DNA of 50,662 bases from Dehalococcoidales bacterium (GCA_028716145.1 JAQUQL010000002.1:1-50662), one strand, 5' to 3'. Numbered from the stretch's first letter, positions 33,217-42,657 are shown. Notes: generated by a model not told the origin, from the sequence alone. Numbers and translations: made by a program.

Positions 33217-34960
33217 CATTCCTCCTGTATCGGTGTTTTTTATCGGGGCATTGATAATGCTCTTTGTACCTTCGCGTGCCAGGGCGATAACAGTTCTTGC
33301 CTGCTCATTGCTGGTTCTGGCAATGCTTCCATTCCTTCAGGATGGAAGCCTGGTCAAGCTTGGATTTTTAAACTTTGAACTTGTGCCGTTTGCAGTAGAC
33401 CGGTTAAGCGTAGCTTTTGCTTATGTATTTTGCCTTATTGCATTTTTTGGCGGCGTGTATGCCTTTCATTTAAAAGACAGGGGACAGCAGGTTGCGGCTA
33501 TGATCTATGCCGGTGGTTCGCTTGGAGCGATATTTGCCGGTGATCTATTCTCCCTGTTTATCTTTTGGGAAATTATGCTGGCTGGTTCAGCCTACCTGAT
33601 CTGGGCAAGAAAAACTCCGGAAGCTGCCGGGGCAGGTATGCGGTACATAATAGTTCATCTTGCCGGTGGAAGCTTTTTACTTGCCGGGATAATCTGGCAT
33701 CTGGTTGAAACAGGTTCGCTTGAGTTCGGTTTATTGGAAGGAGCTCCCTCATACCTGATTCTGATAGGTTTTCTGGTGAATGCGGCTGTACCACCATTGC
33801 ACGCCTGGCTGCCTGATGCATACCCTCAATCAACCGTGACTGGCAGTGTATTCTTAAGTGCCTTTACCACCAAGGTGGCTGTTTATGCTCTGATTCGTGG
33901 TTTTGCCGGGTTAGAAATATTGGTATGGGCAGGCGCGATTATGGCAGTTTATGGCGTAACTTATGCGTTTCTGGAAAATGATATCCGTAAAATTCTTTCC
34001 CATCACATAGTCAGCCAGGTGGGGTTCATGGTGGCCGCAATCGGCATCGGATCGGCGCTATCTGTAAATGGGGCAGTTGCCCATGCTTTTACCAATATTC
34101 TCAACAAAGGGCTGCTGTTTATGGGAACGGGGGCGATTCTGTATTCAACCGGGAAGAGCAAGCTGAATGAACTTGGCGGATTATTAAAACAAACGCCATA
34201 TGTTTTTGCATTTTATATGGTAGGAGCCGTTTCAATATCCGGGTTTCCTTTGTTTTGTGGCTTTGTAAGCAAGGGGATGGTTACTTACTCAGCCGAAACG
34301 GCGCATTATGTTCCAGCGTTTTTAATGCTTAACCTGGCTTCAGTTGGAACTTTTTTAAGTGTTGGCTTGAAATTGCCTTATTACACCTGGTTCGGAAAAC
34401 AGCCGCAAGCAGAGGCAGTTAAGCCCGTTCCTGTGGGGATGTATGTTGGTATGGCTCTTACAGCTTTAAGCTGTGTTGTATTTGGGGTGTTCCCCGGCCT
34501 TCTTGGCAATTTATTGCCCTATGATGCGTCTTACCAACCTTATACTCTCGTGCACTTTTGGGAAACACTGTCTATCATATTGTTTTCCGGTTTGATGTTC
34601 TGGGTCTTGATCGGCTGGATTAAACCCAAGCCCGGCATCACTCTGGATTTTGACTGGTTTTACCGTCGCCCGGCAACGCTGGCGTATAAAGTATTTGTTC
34701 GGTTTCCGTCGGCTGTGTTTACCTCAGCTGGTGATATGATGGGAGCGACCGTCAGCAAGATTAGTGAAATTGCTGCTAACCCGATAGGATTTGGTATCTG
34801 GCATTTCAAAAATATCTTCAGTAAAGTTAAGAAGGAGCCATCTCCCGAGTGTGAACCGTCTGAGTTTGATCCTCACCGTTACCGCAGTTCATTGGGCATG
34901 ATGGTTCTGGCAGTTATGGCTGGCTTTGTTTTTGTGGCTCTCCTAACGTGGCTGGCTTGA
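33191..34960 (+). CDS. Antiporter-like subunit 3 (MrpA/MrpD / NuoL-like, long form)
   Basis: 589 aa. PPLHAWLPDAYP, HHIVSQVGFMV, with extra C-terminal TM helices. Confidence 0.8.
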   Translation: MSLIEIINSIPPVSVFFIGALIMLFVPSRARAITVLACSLLVLAMLPFLQDGSLVKLGFLNFELVPFAVDRLSVAFAYVFCLIAFFGGVYAFHLKDRGQQVAAMIYAGGSLGAIFAGDLFSLFIFWEIMLAGSAYLIWARKTPEAAGAGMRYIIVHLAGGSFLLAGIIWHLVETGSLEFGLLEGAPSYLILIGFLVNAAVPPLHAWLPDAYPQSTVTGSVFLSAFTTKVAVYALIRGFAGLEILVWAGAIMAVYGVTYAFLENDIRKILSHHIVSQVGFMVAAIGIGSALSVNGAVAHAFTNILNKGLLFMGTGAILYSTGKSKLNELGGLLKQTPYVFAFYMVGAVSISGFPLFCGFVSKGMVTYSAETAHYVPAFLMLNLASVGTFLSVGLKLPYYTWFGKQPQAEAVKPVPVGMYVGMALTALSCVVFGVFPGLLGNLLPYDASYQPYTLVHFWETLSIILFSGLMFWVLIGWIKPKPGITLDFDWFYRRPATLAYKVFVRFPSAVFTSAGDMMGATVSKISEIAANPIGFGIWHFKNIFSKVKKEPSPECEPSEFDPHRYRSSLGMMVLAVMAGFVFVALLTWLA

Positions 34961-35031
34961 AATGTCCACAGCCAGGTGGTAAATTGACACGCGTTCCCGA
35001 TATGTTGTAAAGTGATTGCCATACGGCAACC

Positions 35032-35056
35032 GTTTGCCGTACTTTTGCGGGTTAAG
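35032..35056 (+). terminator. Intrinsic terminator after the mrp cluster
   Basis: tacggcaa-ccgt-ttgccgta forms an 8-bp stem, followed by cTTTT. Confidence 0.5.
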
Positions 35057-35146
35057 TGAGCTTCATTGACCCGCAATTATATTGAAAGTATATGCTTTCA
35101 ACAGAGCGAATAATTTTACATAATATATCAGGAGATTACTGAAAAC

Positions 35147-36418
35147 ATGCCAAACAACTGTAACGTCAAACCAGAAAACGAGAACCCGTTTGATATCGTT
35201 CGGCAGCAAATTGATGCGTCTGCGGCTATATTAAAACTCAGTTCACAGGAAATTGCTCTTCTGAAAAACCCGGTACGAGAGCTTCACGTATCGCTTCCGG
35301 TACGCATGGATGATGGAACCACAAAAGTATTTCAGGGATATCGGGTTCAGTATAACGATGCTCGCGGGCCAGGCAAAGGCGGCATACGCTTTCATCCTCA
35401 GGAGACAATCGATACTGTGCGTGCGCTGGCGGCGTGGATGACATGGAAGACTGCTCTTCTTGATTTACCGCTTGGTGGAGCCAAGGGTGGCGTAATATGC
35501 AACCCTAAAGAATTGAGCCAGGCTGAATTGCAAAGGCTCAGCCGGGCTTATGTGAGAGCGGTTTACCAGTTTATTGGGCCTGATAAAGATGTACCTGCTC
35601 CTGATGTTTATACTAATCCACAGATAATGGCATGGATGGCCGATGAATATTCGGTTATTTCTGGAAAACCCCAGTTTGGTGTAATAACCGGAAAACCGAT
35701 CAGCCTTGGCGGATCTCCCGGGCGGGGTGATGCAACTGCACGAGGCGGAATGTATGCCATACGTGAAGCGGCAAGAGTTCTTGGTATCGATCTCAGCAAG
35801 GCAACCGTAGCGATTCAGGGATACGGCAATGCCGGGTATCATGCTGCCCGGTTGTGCAAGGAATTATTCGGTGCCAGGGTTGTAGCTGCCTGCGATTCAC
35901 AGGGCAGTGTTTATTGCGAAGAGGGGATAGATCCTGAAGAAGCGTATGCATGTAAATGTTCTACCACCTCAGTATGCAACATGGATGGGGTGGAAACCAT
36001 ATGTGGCGATGACTTGTTAAGCCTGGATGTAGATATACTGATACCGGCAGCTATGGAAAACGCGATAAACAGCCATAATGCTGGCGAAGTGAAGGCAAGG
36101 ATCGTGGCCGAACTTGCAAATGGGCCAACAACACCAGAGGCGGATGAAATTCTTTATGCCAATGGAGTTCATGTAATTCCTGATTTCCTCTGTAATGCTG
36201 GTGGTGTAACTGTTTCATATTTTGAAATGGTGCAGAACTTCTACATGTATCGCTGGGATGAAAAAGAAGTTTACCAGAAACTGGATCAAAGAATCACAGA
36301 TGCTTATCAGTCTGTGTGGAAAGCCAGCTGTGAGCATAATATCAATATGCGCCAGGCAGCCTATGTTGTTGCTCTGCAAAGAGTAGTTGAAGCGATGAAA
36401 CTGCGCGGGTGGGTTTAA
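35147..36418 (+). CDS. gdhA: Glutamate dehydrogenase
   Basis: 423 aa. GPGKGGIRFHP, LPLGGAKGG, GYGNAGYH. Confidence 0.93.
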   Translation: MPNNCNVKPENENPFDIVRQQIDASAAILKLSSQEIALLKNPVRELHVSLPVRMDDGTTKVFQGYRVQYNDARGPGKGGIRFHPQETIDTVRALAAWMTWKTALLDLPLGGAKGGVICNPKELSQAELQRLSRAYVRAVYQFIGPDKDVPAPDVYTNPQIMAWMADEYSVISGKPQFGVITGKPISLGGSPGRGDATARGGMYAIREAARVLGIDLSKATVAIQGYGNAGYHAARLCKELFGARVVAACDSQGSVYCEEGIDPEEAYACKCSTTSVCNMDGVETICGDDLLSLDVDILIPAAMENAINSHNAGEVKARIVAELANGPTTPEADEILYANGVHVIPDFLCNAGGVTVSYFEMVQNFYMYRWDEKEVYQKLDQRITDAYQSVWKASCEHNINMRQAAYVVALQRVVEAMKLRGWV

Positions 36419-36450
36419 CAACTTTACATAAACTTTTATAATTCAGTAAC

Positions 36451-36490
36451 AACAACGGAGAAGCAAAAGGCTTCTCCGTTGTTTATTTTA
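36451..36490 (+). terminator. Strong intrinsic terminator between the convergent gdhA and Rieske genes
   Basis: aacaacggagaag/cttctccgttgtt forms a 13-bp stem, followed by tatttta. Confidence 0.6.
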
Positions 36491-36626
36491 GCCCTGCAAG
36501 CAAAAAAATCTGGCATTGAGCAGGGCTCACCAAAGGTATTTTAACCTACAATTCAATACAGAGGGGTTTAGCATAAAATAGACCGCACAGAATCGATTTA
36601 CAGGCGTTTAAAATAAGTTATCAGTG

Positions 36627-36983
36627 TTATAGGCTTAATAGCACCTGAATTTCGTTATCTTTTATAACTACCGGATAGGTTTTCAGGGGTTTTGGTTTTT
36701 TGATGGCACCTCCGATTGCTTTAGCCAGCCCTCCAAAATCTGTCCATTGAAGTACCTTGCCGTCAGCCAGATCGAACTTGGAATTGTGCAGAGGGCAGGT
36801 TATTACACTTCCGTTTAGGGTTCCTTTGGACAGGTTGCCTCCCATATGCGGGCATTTGTTATCGGCAGCATAATAAGTATCATTTTGACGAGCTATTAAA
36901 ATTTGCCGGGTTCCGATAATAAAACTTTTCATTTCACCTGATTGCAGTTGTTCGGTGGTTGTGACAGTTATAGGTTCGGTCAT
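36627..36983 (-). CDS. Rieske [2Fe-2S] ferredoxin-type protein
   Basis: 118 aa. CPHMGGNL ... CPLHNSKF. Confidence 0.88.
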   Translation of the reverse strand: MTEPITVTTTEQLQSGEMKSFIIGTRQILIARQNDTYYAADNKCPHMGGNLSKGTLNGSVITCPLHNSKFDLADGKVLQWTDFGGLAKAIGGAIKKPKPLKTYPVVIKDNEIQVLLSL

Positions 36984-36997
36984 GTTGAAGCCTCCTT

Positions 36998-37708
36998 TTA
37001 CTTATACCCGGTAAAGATATCCATCTTTATTGATCTGGCGTCTACACTTAATTGGGCAACCTGCAAGCCGATCGATTCAACCATTGAGGGTGGCCCCGAG
37101 AGATAAAAGAGGCGTTCTTTGTAGTCCGGAACCAGTTTTTCAATAGAGGCTTTGTTGATGTAGCCGTTATGATACTCAGGTTTCAGCTGCTGTGAAGAGC
37201 TGGAAACAAAATGATGTATTGTGATGTTGGGCTCTTTGCCCAGTTCATCGAGTTCTTCCTTGAATATAATGCTTCGTGGGTTCGTGTTTGAATATAACAG
37301 CAGGCAGTCGAGAGGACGTTGCTTTCGTTTAACATAATTGAGCATGCTTTTAACAGGGGTTACACCGATTCCCCCGCATATAAAAGCAAGTTTTCGCTTG
37401 CTGTTGGGAAGAGTAAATTTACCTTCAGGTCCTTCGATTAAAGCCCAGGTACCGGGTTTAATGTTATCCAGAGTCCGGGAATAATCACTCTCGGTTATTC
37501 TTTTAGTAAACTCAATATAATTCTTCTCAGCAGGGGAGCTTGAAAAGGAGAAATGGTGTACCAGTGGCTTGGAATTTACAACTATTGTAACGTAGAAATA
37601 TTGGCCCGCTCTGTAGCGCAAATTCAGCCCTTTTCGGGGGAAGCGAAAGGACTTTACCCCGGGAACTCTTTCAATGACCTCGGAAAATTGTGTTTCTATC
37701 TGCCACAT
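36998..37708 (-). CDS. FNR-family FAD/NAD(P)H-binding oxidoreductase (ferredoxin reductase-like)
   Basis: RAGQYFYV, HHFSFSSSP (RxYS-like), ICGGIGVTP, YLSGPPSMV. I prefer the start at ATG 37708 (MWQIETQF); the ORF-track start at 37750 is an alternative. Confidence 0.8.
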   Translation of the reverse strand: MWQIETQFSEVIERVPGVKSFRFPRKGLNLRYRAGQYFYVTIVVNSKPLVHHFSFSSSPAEKNYIEFTKRITESDYSRTLDNIKPGTWALIEGPEGKFTLPNSKRKLAFICGGIGVTPVKSMLNYVKRKQRPLDCLLLYSNTNPRSIIFKEELDELGKEPNITIHHFVSSSSQQLKPEYHNGYINKASIEKLVPDYKERLFYLSGPPSMVESIGLQVAQLSVDARSIKMDIFTGYK

Positions 37709-37900
37709 TTCAACTCGTAACAATATATAATTTAAGGGAGCACAAGTCAATAAATATTCTACAATATTTGACGAAAATTATGTAAAGTATATGGTGCTTC
37801 ACGTATAAACTAGTGACATAACATATATAGTGCGAACATAATTCGGCACTAAATACATTACATAAAGTATGTTATAAATTTGGTAAAAAGGTAATAAATT

Positions 37901-37942
37901 ACCGCTGGGCTCTTTGATAATAAAGTTGATGAGCCCAGCGGT
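37901..37942 (-). terminator. Hairpin downstream of ftsZ (terminator candidate)
   Basis: accgctgggctc-(18 nt)-gagcccagcggt forms a 12-bp stem, with a U-rich tract after it on the minus strand. Confidence 0.35.
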
Positions 37943-37973
37943 ATAAAAACTGGTTTCTATATTTTAATTAAAT

Positions 37974-39080
37974 CTATCTTCTGTTAGATGAAACGTACTG
38001 AGGTGTGCGACGGTTGTTTAAAAAACCTCCCAGACGCTGAAAACTGGGAACTTCAAGTTCTGCTTCTGTTCGAATATTTTTAAGCACCCGGTTTATTTCA
38101 ATGTCCCGGCTCTGGGCAGATGTTGTTCTGTTGGAGGCAAAACCAGTGGCGATAAGAGTAAGACGAACTTCACTATCCTGGCGTGGATCATTGGTGACAC
38201 CAAAAATCACATTAGCATTGGGGTCCACCTGCTGGCGTATTATCTCGGCAGCTTCGTTGACTTCATAAAGAGTCAGGTTATCGCTTCCGGATATGTTGAA
38301 TATCACACCCATGGCTCCATTGACCGATACGTCGAGCAAGGGGCTGCTCAGAGCATTCTCTGCCGCCATCACAGCACGGTTTTTACCTGAACCCTTTCCG
38401 ATACTCATCCAGGCCGGGCCGGCACCCTTCATCACTGCTTTTACATCCGCAAAATCAAGGTTGATGGTACCGGGCACGGTGATAACTTCAGCAATGGCCT
38501 GAACGCCATGGCATAGTGTTTCGTCTACCAGTTTAAAGGCTCCATCCATACCGCATTTGGCATCGCATATGGAGAACAGGCGTTCATTGGGTACAATTAT
38601 CATGGTATCCACATTATCCACCAGGCTTTCGATGCCTTCTTCAGCTACCTGGGCTCTGCGAGCGCCTTCAAAACCGAATGGTTTGGTAACTACGCCTATG
38701 GTTAATGCGCCAGTTTCCTTGCTGGCTCTGGCAACTACCGGAGCCGAGCCGGTACCGGTGCCCCCGCCCATACCAGCGGTGATGAAGACCATGTCAGCGC
38801 CTTCGACGACCTGCTTTATCTGGCTCAGGCTTTCTTCAGCGGCTTCTTCGCCCTTTTTGTTGTTTCCGCCGGCGCCAAGGCCGCGTGTGCAACGTTCACC
38901 CAGTTGAATGCGGGTTGGCGCCTCTGTAATTGCCAGGTGCTGAGCATCGGTATTCATGGCGATAAATTCAACACCGCGAATCTGCTCTCTTACCATTCTT
39001 GTTATAGCGTTACATCCGGCTCCACCGAGACCTATTACCTTGATTTTTGCCCCATTGGGAACATAACTTACTTTTCCCAC
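37974..39080 (-). CDS. ftsZ: Cell division GTPase FtsZ
   Basis: 368 aa. GLGGAGCNA, GGGTGTGSAP. Confidence 0.95.
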   Translation of the reverse strand: MGKVSYVPNGAKIKVIGLGGAGCNAITRMVREQIRGVEFIAMNTDAQHLAITEAPTRIQLGERCTRGLGAGGNNKKGEEAAEESLSQIKQVVEGADMVFITAGMGGGTGTGSAPVVARASKETGALTIGVVTKPFGFEGARRAQVAEEGIESLVDNVDTMIIVPNERLFSICDAKCGMDGAFKLVDETLCHGVQAIAEVITVPGTINLDFADVKAVMKGAGPAWMSIGKGSGKNRAVMAAENALSSPLLDVSVNGAMGVIFNISGSDNLTLYEVNEAAEIIRQQVDPNANVIFGVTNDPRQDSEVRLTLIATGFASNRTTSAQSRDIEINRVLKNIRTEAELEVPSFQRLGGFLNNRRTPQYVSSNRR

Positions 39081-39110
39081 TGATCGATATTCTCCTTTAA
39101 CTTATAATTA

Positions 39111-40343
39111 TTAATTTTTACCAAATAGTCGTATTAAACGGGATAATACCCCGCTATTTTTAAATACCCTGTTATTCATTTTTTGACGGTAGAAAACCTC
39201 TGGCGTTTCCAGTTTCCAAAGTAAAAGTCCAAAGCTGGCAGCATATTGAGGGCCGCTGATACTGTCAGCAATACCGGAAACCCTGGGAGGATATCCGATT
39301 CTGCATGGCATATGAGTGACCTGCTGAGCCATTTCTGCCAGCCCGGGAAGGTTTCCAGTACCGCCGGTAATCACTATTCCTGCTGGAAGAGAACCTGCCG
39401 GGTCGAGCTCTCCGCCGGTGTCGTTATTTACCTGCAGCAGCACCAGTCTGAGCAGTTCTTCTGTGCGTATATTTATTATGTCAAATAGATCTTCGTAGGG
39501 AATTTCCTCCCCCTCGACGATCAAAGGCTTGGGCTTTTCAGTTTGCGGTAAAGGTACCAGGGATCCATACCGTACTTTTATCTCTTCGGAGAGCTCCGGT
39601 GCCAGGCCCAGGCCGAGAGAAATATCCCTGGTAATCTGATTTCCGGCTACCGAAATCACGGAAGAATAATAAACACTATCATTTTTATAAACAGTGATAT
39701 TGGTGGAGCCGCCGCCGATATCTGCCAGTAGCACTCCATCCCTTTTTTCGTCTTCAGTCAGAACGGCAGCGGCGCTGGCCAGTGGTTCGAAAACAACGTT
39801 ATCGATCTTTACCCCTGCTCCGATTACGCATTTTACCAGGTTTTCCAGTGAGGTGACAGAGGCTGTTATGGTATGGGTTTCAACATCCAGACGGTAACCG
39901 AACATCCCAACCGGGTCTTTTACTCCATCCTGACCATCTACTCTGTAATACCTGGGAATCTGGTGGAGAACGGTTTCTTCAGGAGGAATGTTTTCACTGC
40001 GAGTAATTTCCAATAATCTTTCTACATCTTTTTGTTCGACTGTTTGCTTGCGGTTGCCGGTAATACTTATGACTCCACGTTTATTACCGGAACTTACATG
40101 TCTGCCGGCCATGGTGACCAAGGCTGATTCCATACGGAATCCGGCAGTTTTTTCGGCAGCTCTGATCGAGGCTCGGACTGATTCTCTGGCCTCGGCAATA
40201 TTTACGACCTGTCCTTTTTGTAGACCGTGTGAGGGAACAGATCCGATACCAAGAACCCGCAGCCCTGTACCATCGGTTTCTGCGATCAGTGAACATACCT
40301 TGCTAGTACCAATATCAATGGCACCGATTTTACTTGTTTTCAA
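39111..40343 (-). CDS. ftsA: Cell division protein FtsA
   Basis: 410 aa actin-fold protein. AIDIGTSKV, DIGGGSTNITV, ITGGTGNLPGL. Confidence 0.92.
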   Translation of the reverse strand: MKTSKIGAIDIGTSKVCSLIAETDGTGLRVLGIGSVPSHGLQKGQVVNIAEARESVRASIRAAEKTAGFRMESALVTMAGRHVSSGNKRGVISITGNRKQTVEQKDVERLLEITRSENIPPEETVLHQIPRYYRVDGQDGVKDPVGMFGYRLDVETHTITASVTSLENLVKCVIGAGVKIDNVVFEPLASAAAVLTEDEKRDGVLLADIGGGSTNITVYKNDSVYYSSVISVAGNQITRDISLGLGLAPELSEEIKVRYGSLVPLPQTEKPKPLIVEGEEIPYEDLFDIINIRTEELLRLVLLQVNNDTGGELDPAGSLPAGIVITGGTGNLPGLAEMAQQVTHMPCRIGYPPRVSGIADSISGPQYAASFGLLLWKLETPEVFYRQKMNNRVFKNSGVLSRLIRLFGKN

Positions 40344-40358
40344 GAATGCCTCCTGCTA

Positions 40359-40574
40359 TTACTTGTTGTTTGTATTACGGAAATGTACGTTCCATTTGGA
40401 AGACAGGGAGCTGATAAAGTTTTTTACCTCTGGGCTGGGAGCCCGATACAGCTCTGCCAGGAATCCATGTAATAGTTCTCCCCCACTCATGCCAGCTACT
40501 GGCTCCTGGGGGCCGGGCAGGTTTATGTGGACGATTTCAGTCATTAGTTTTTGATATTCTATTGCTGATCCCAT
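40359..40574 (-). CDS. Hypothetical 71-aa protein immediately upstream of ftsA
   Basis: The ATG at 40574 is preceded by AAGGAG, and the ORF stops 15 nt before ftsA. No TM segment and no recognisable motif. The ORF-track start at 40613 lacks an SD. Confidence 0.4.
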   Translation of the reverse strand: MGSAIEYQKLMTEIVHINLPGPQEPVAGMSGGELLHGFLAELYRAPSPEVKNFISSLSSKWNVHFRNTNNK

Positions 40575-40686
40575 TTTTCCATGCTCCTTTTTGCTTAAAG
40601 ATGTTGGACACAATTTTAGGCATGCATTTTCTACCCGTCAAATATTGTCCTGATTCGTCCAAATAAGTGCCGCTTGAAAAAAGAGC

Positions 40687-40715
40687 TTGCAATTGTTTGT
40701 CCTTATATATAAAAT
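40687..40715 (+). promoter_or_regulatory. Promoter of the 230-aa orphan gene
   Basis: TTGCAA, 17-nt spacer, TAAAAT. A GGGAGG SD lies at 40730-40735. Confidence 0.5.
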
Positions 40716-40739
40716 TACCTAGAGTTTCTGGGAGGAAAA

Positions 40740-41432
40740 ATGTCCGATAATAACCGTAGACAATTGCCACCTTATGTATCCTACCGTTCATTCTGGAATT
40801 TTCTTGACCGTTTGCAAGGAGCCATCCCTGCACGTATAGATCGTAGCTATTGGGGGGACAAATTTTCAGGAAGTACCGGTACTCAACTCATGAGGGCTTT
40901 AAGATACCTTGGTTTGATTGATGACCGAGGTATACCTACTCCCCTGCTCAGGAACTTGGTAGAAGCCAGGGATTTACAGAGAGATGAATTGATGGCTCAA
41001 ATAGCACGTACCAGTTATAGTTTTTTTATAAACGGGCCAGTTGATTATAAAACAGCAACTTATGCCCAGTTTGAAGATATCCTGCATGCCAACTTTCAGG
41101 TTAACTCTGAAGTAGCTCGCAAATGCATCAAGTTTTTTGTGGATCTTGCTACCGATGCCAGGATACCCATGTCACCGTTTGTGATAAAGAAAAATCGCAA
41201 GGCACGAGCTGCTGTTTCAACCCGGAGGACAAAAAATAAACCGCAGAATATAATGGAAACATCCAGTGCCATAACAGAGACGGAATTAGTTCCAAATGGA
41301 ACTGGTTTGGACAAATTATTGGTAAACAAGTTTCCGAACTTTGATACTGCCTGGCCGGATGAAATCAAGATGAAATGGTTTACTGCGTTTGACGAACTTA
41401 TCAAGCGCATTCCGACAGAAAAAAATTATTAA
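40740..41432 (+). CDS. Hypothetical protein (230 aa; the N-terminal half resembles DUF5343-type proteins, tentative)
   Basis: Strong SD and promoter. N-terminal pattern PPYVSYRSFWNFLDRL....PARIDRSYW....SGSTGTQLMRALRYLGLIDDRGIPT. A basic linker and a conserved-looking C-terminal helix. Confidence 0.6.
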   Translation: MSDNNRRQLPPYVSYRSFWNFLDRLQGAIPARIDRSYWGDKFSGSTGTQLMRALRYLGLIDDRGIPTPLLRNLVEARDLQRDELMAQIARTSYSFFINGPVDYKTATYAQFEDILHANFQVNSEVARKCIKFFVDLATDARIPMSPFVIKKNRKARAAVSTRRTKNKPQNIMETSSAITETELVPNGTGLDKLLVNKFPNFDTAWPDEIKMKWFTAFDELIKRIPTEKNY

Positions 41433-41468
41433 GTAAAAGCGTCACATCACAGTTTTATATGGGTAATG

Positions 41469-42647
41469 TTAACTGTTATCGGTTGGTCTGCGTAAATCAG
41501 TAACAGCCGACGAAATGGTTTCTTTAAGTTTTTCCATTCCCCATCCTCGTGCGGCCGAAACAATCACCGTATTGGGCCTGGTATCTCCAATGGTTTCCTC
41601 TATAAACTCTATAGCATCTTTCTCGGTCCAGGTTTTTGATGGGTCGAGCGCGCGGTCTATCTTGTTTAATACGGTTATTCTGGGTTTAATGGAAATCTCC
41701 ATATCTTCCAGGATATTTTCAACAGTATCACACTGCTCTGCAGCTCTTGGGTTTGAGAAATCCACCACATGAAGAAGGATGTCAGCCTGGTTCAACTCTT
41801 CCAGGGTGGCTCTAAAAGCTGAAACCAAACCGGGGGGGAGCTTTCGGATAAAGCCAACTGTATCACTGATGAGCGCGAACATGTTATCTGGCAGATGGAC
41901 CCTGCGAGTGGTTGGGTCAAGAGTGGCAAAAAGCTTGTCTTCTGCTAGTATGCTGGCATGGCTCAAAGCGTTTAGGAGGGTGCTTTTACCGGTGTTGGTA
42001 TAGCCGACAAGCGCGAGAGTGGGAATTTCGCTTTGTTGCCTGGATTTCTGATGCAATTTTCTTTGTTTCTTGATGTCTTCTATCTGTTGTTTAAGTCGGC
42101 TGATTTTTTTCTGTGCCAGCCTTCGATCGGTTTCGATCTGGGTTTCTCCGGGGCCTCGGGTTCCTATTCCTCCGCCCAGCCTTTCAAGGTGGCTCCATTG
42201 CCCTGCTAAACGCGGCAGCAGGTATTCGCTTTGTGCCAGGGAGACTTGCAGCATGCCTTCGCGTGAACGAGCGTGCCTGGCGAATATATCTATAATCAGT
42301 GCCACCCGATCTATAATTTTAACACCAAGCTCATCTTCCAGGTTGCGTTGTTGTAACGCAGAAAGTTCGTCGTCAAATATCAGAAGGTTGTACTCCAAGT
42401 CTTCCTTGAGCTCTTTGAGTTCTTCCAGCTTTCCTTTACCAAGGTAGTAGTTTTTTGAAGGGTTTTGAGTCTGCTGGCTGAGCCTGCCCACTATAGTAGC
42501 TCCAGCGGTCAAGGCGAGCTGTTCAAGCTCGTCAAGTGATTCATTAACTGGCCACGCCCCTTTTTTAGGGCCGCTGTCTACTGCCACCAGCATGGCTTTT
42601 TCCTTCTCCGGAGCGGTCGAAATTGTATTTTTTATGGTTTTTGCCAA
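41469..42647 (-). CDS. hflX: GTPase HflX
   Basis: 392 aa. HflX N-domain, G1 GYTNTGKSTLLN, DTVGF, NKID. Confidence 0.92.
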   Translation of the reverse strand: MAKTIKNTISTAPEKEKAMLVAVDSGPKKGAWPVNESLDELEQLALTAGATIVGRLSQQTQNPSKNYYLGKGKLEELKELKEDLEYNLLIFDDELSALQQRNLEDELGVKIIDRVALIIDIFARHARSREGMLQVSLAQSEYLLPRLAGQWSHLERLGGGIGTRGPGETQIETDRRLAQKKISRLKQQIEDIKKQRKLHQKSRQQSEIPTLALVGYTNTGKSTLLNALSHASILAEDKLFATLDPTTRRVHLPDNMFALISDTVGFIRKLPPGLVSAFRATLEELNQADILLHVVDFSNPRAAEQCDTVENILEDMEISIKPRITVLNKIDRALDPSKTWTEKDAIEFIEETIGDTRPNTVIVSAARGWGMEKLKETISSAVTDLRRPTDNS

Positions 42648-42657
42648 TTTACTTACG

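Noticed and set aside
37751-37973. An AT-rich ~220-bp spacer with several short palindromes. I considered it as a repeat array or mobile-element scar.
   Set aside because: There are no direct repeats of regular period and no terminal inverted repeats. It is most simply the promoter region of the FNR/Rieske pair plus the ftsZ terminator hairpin.
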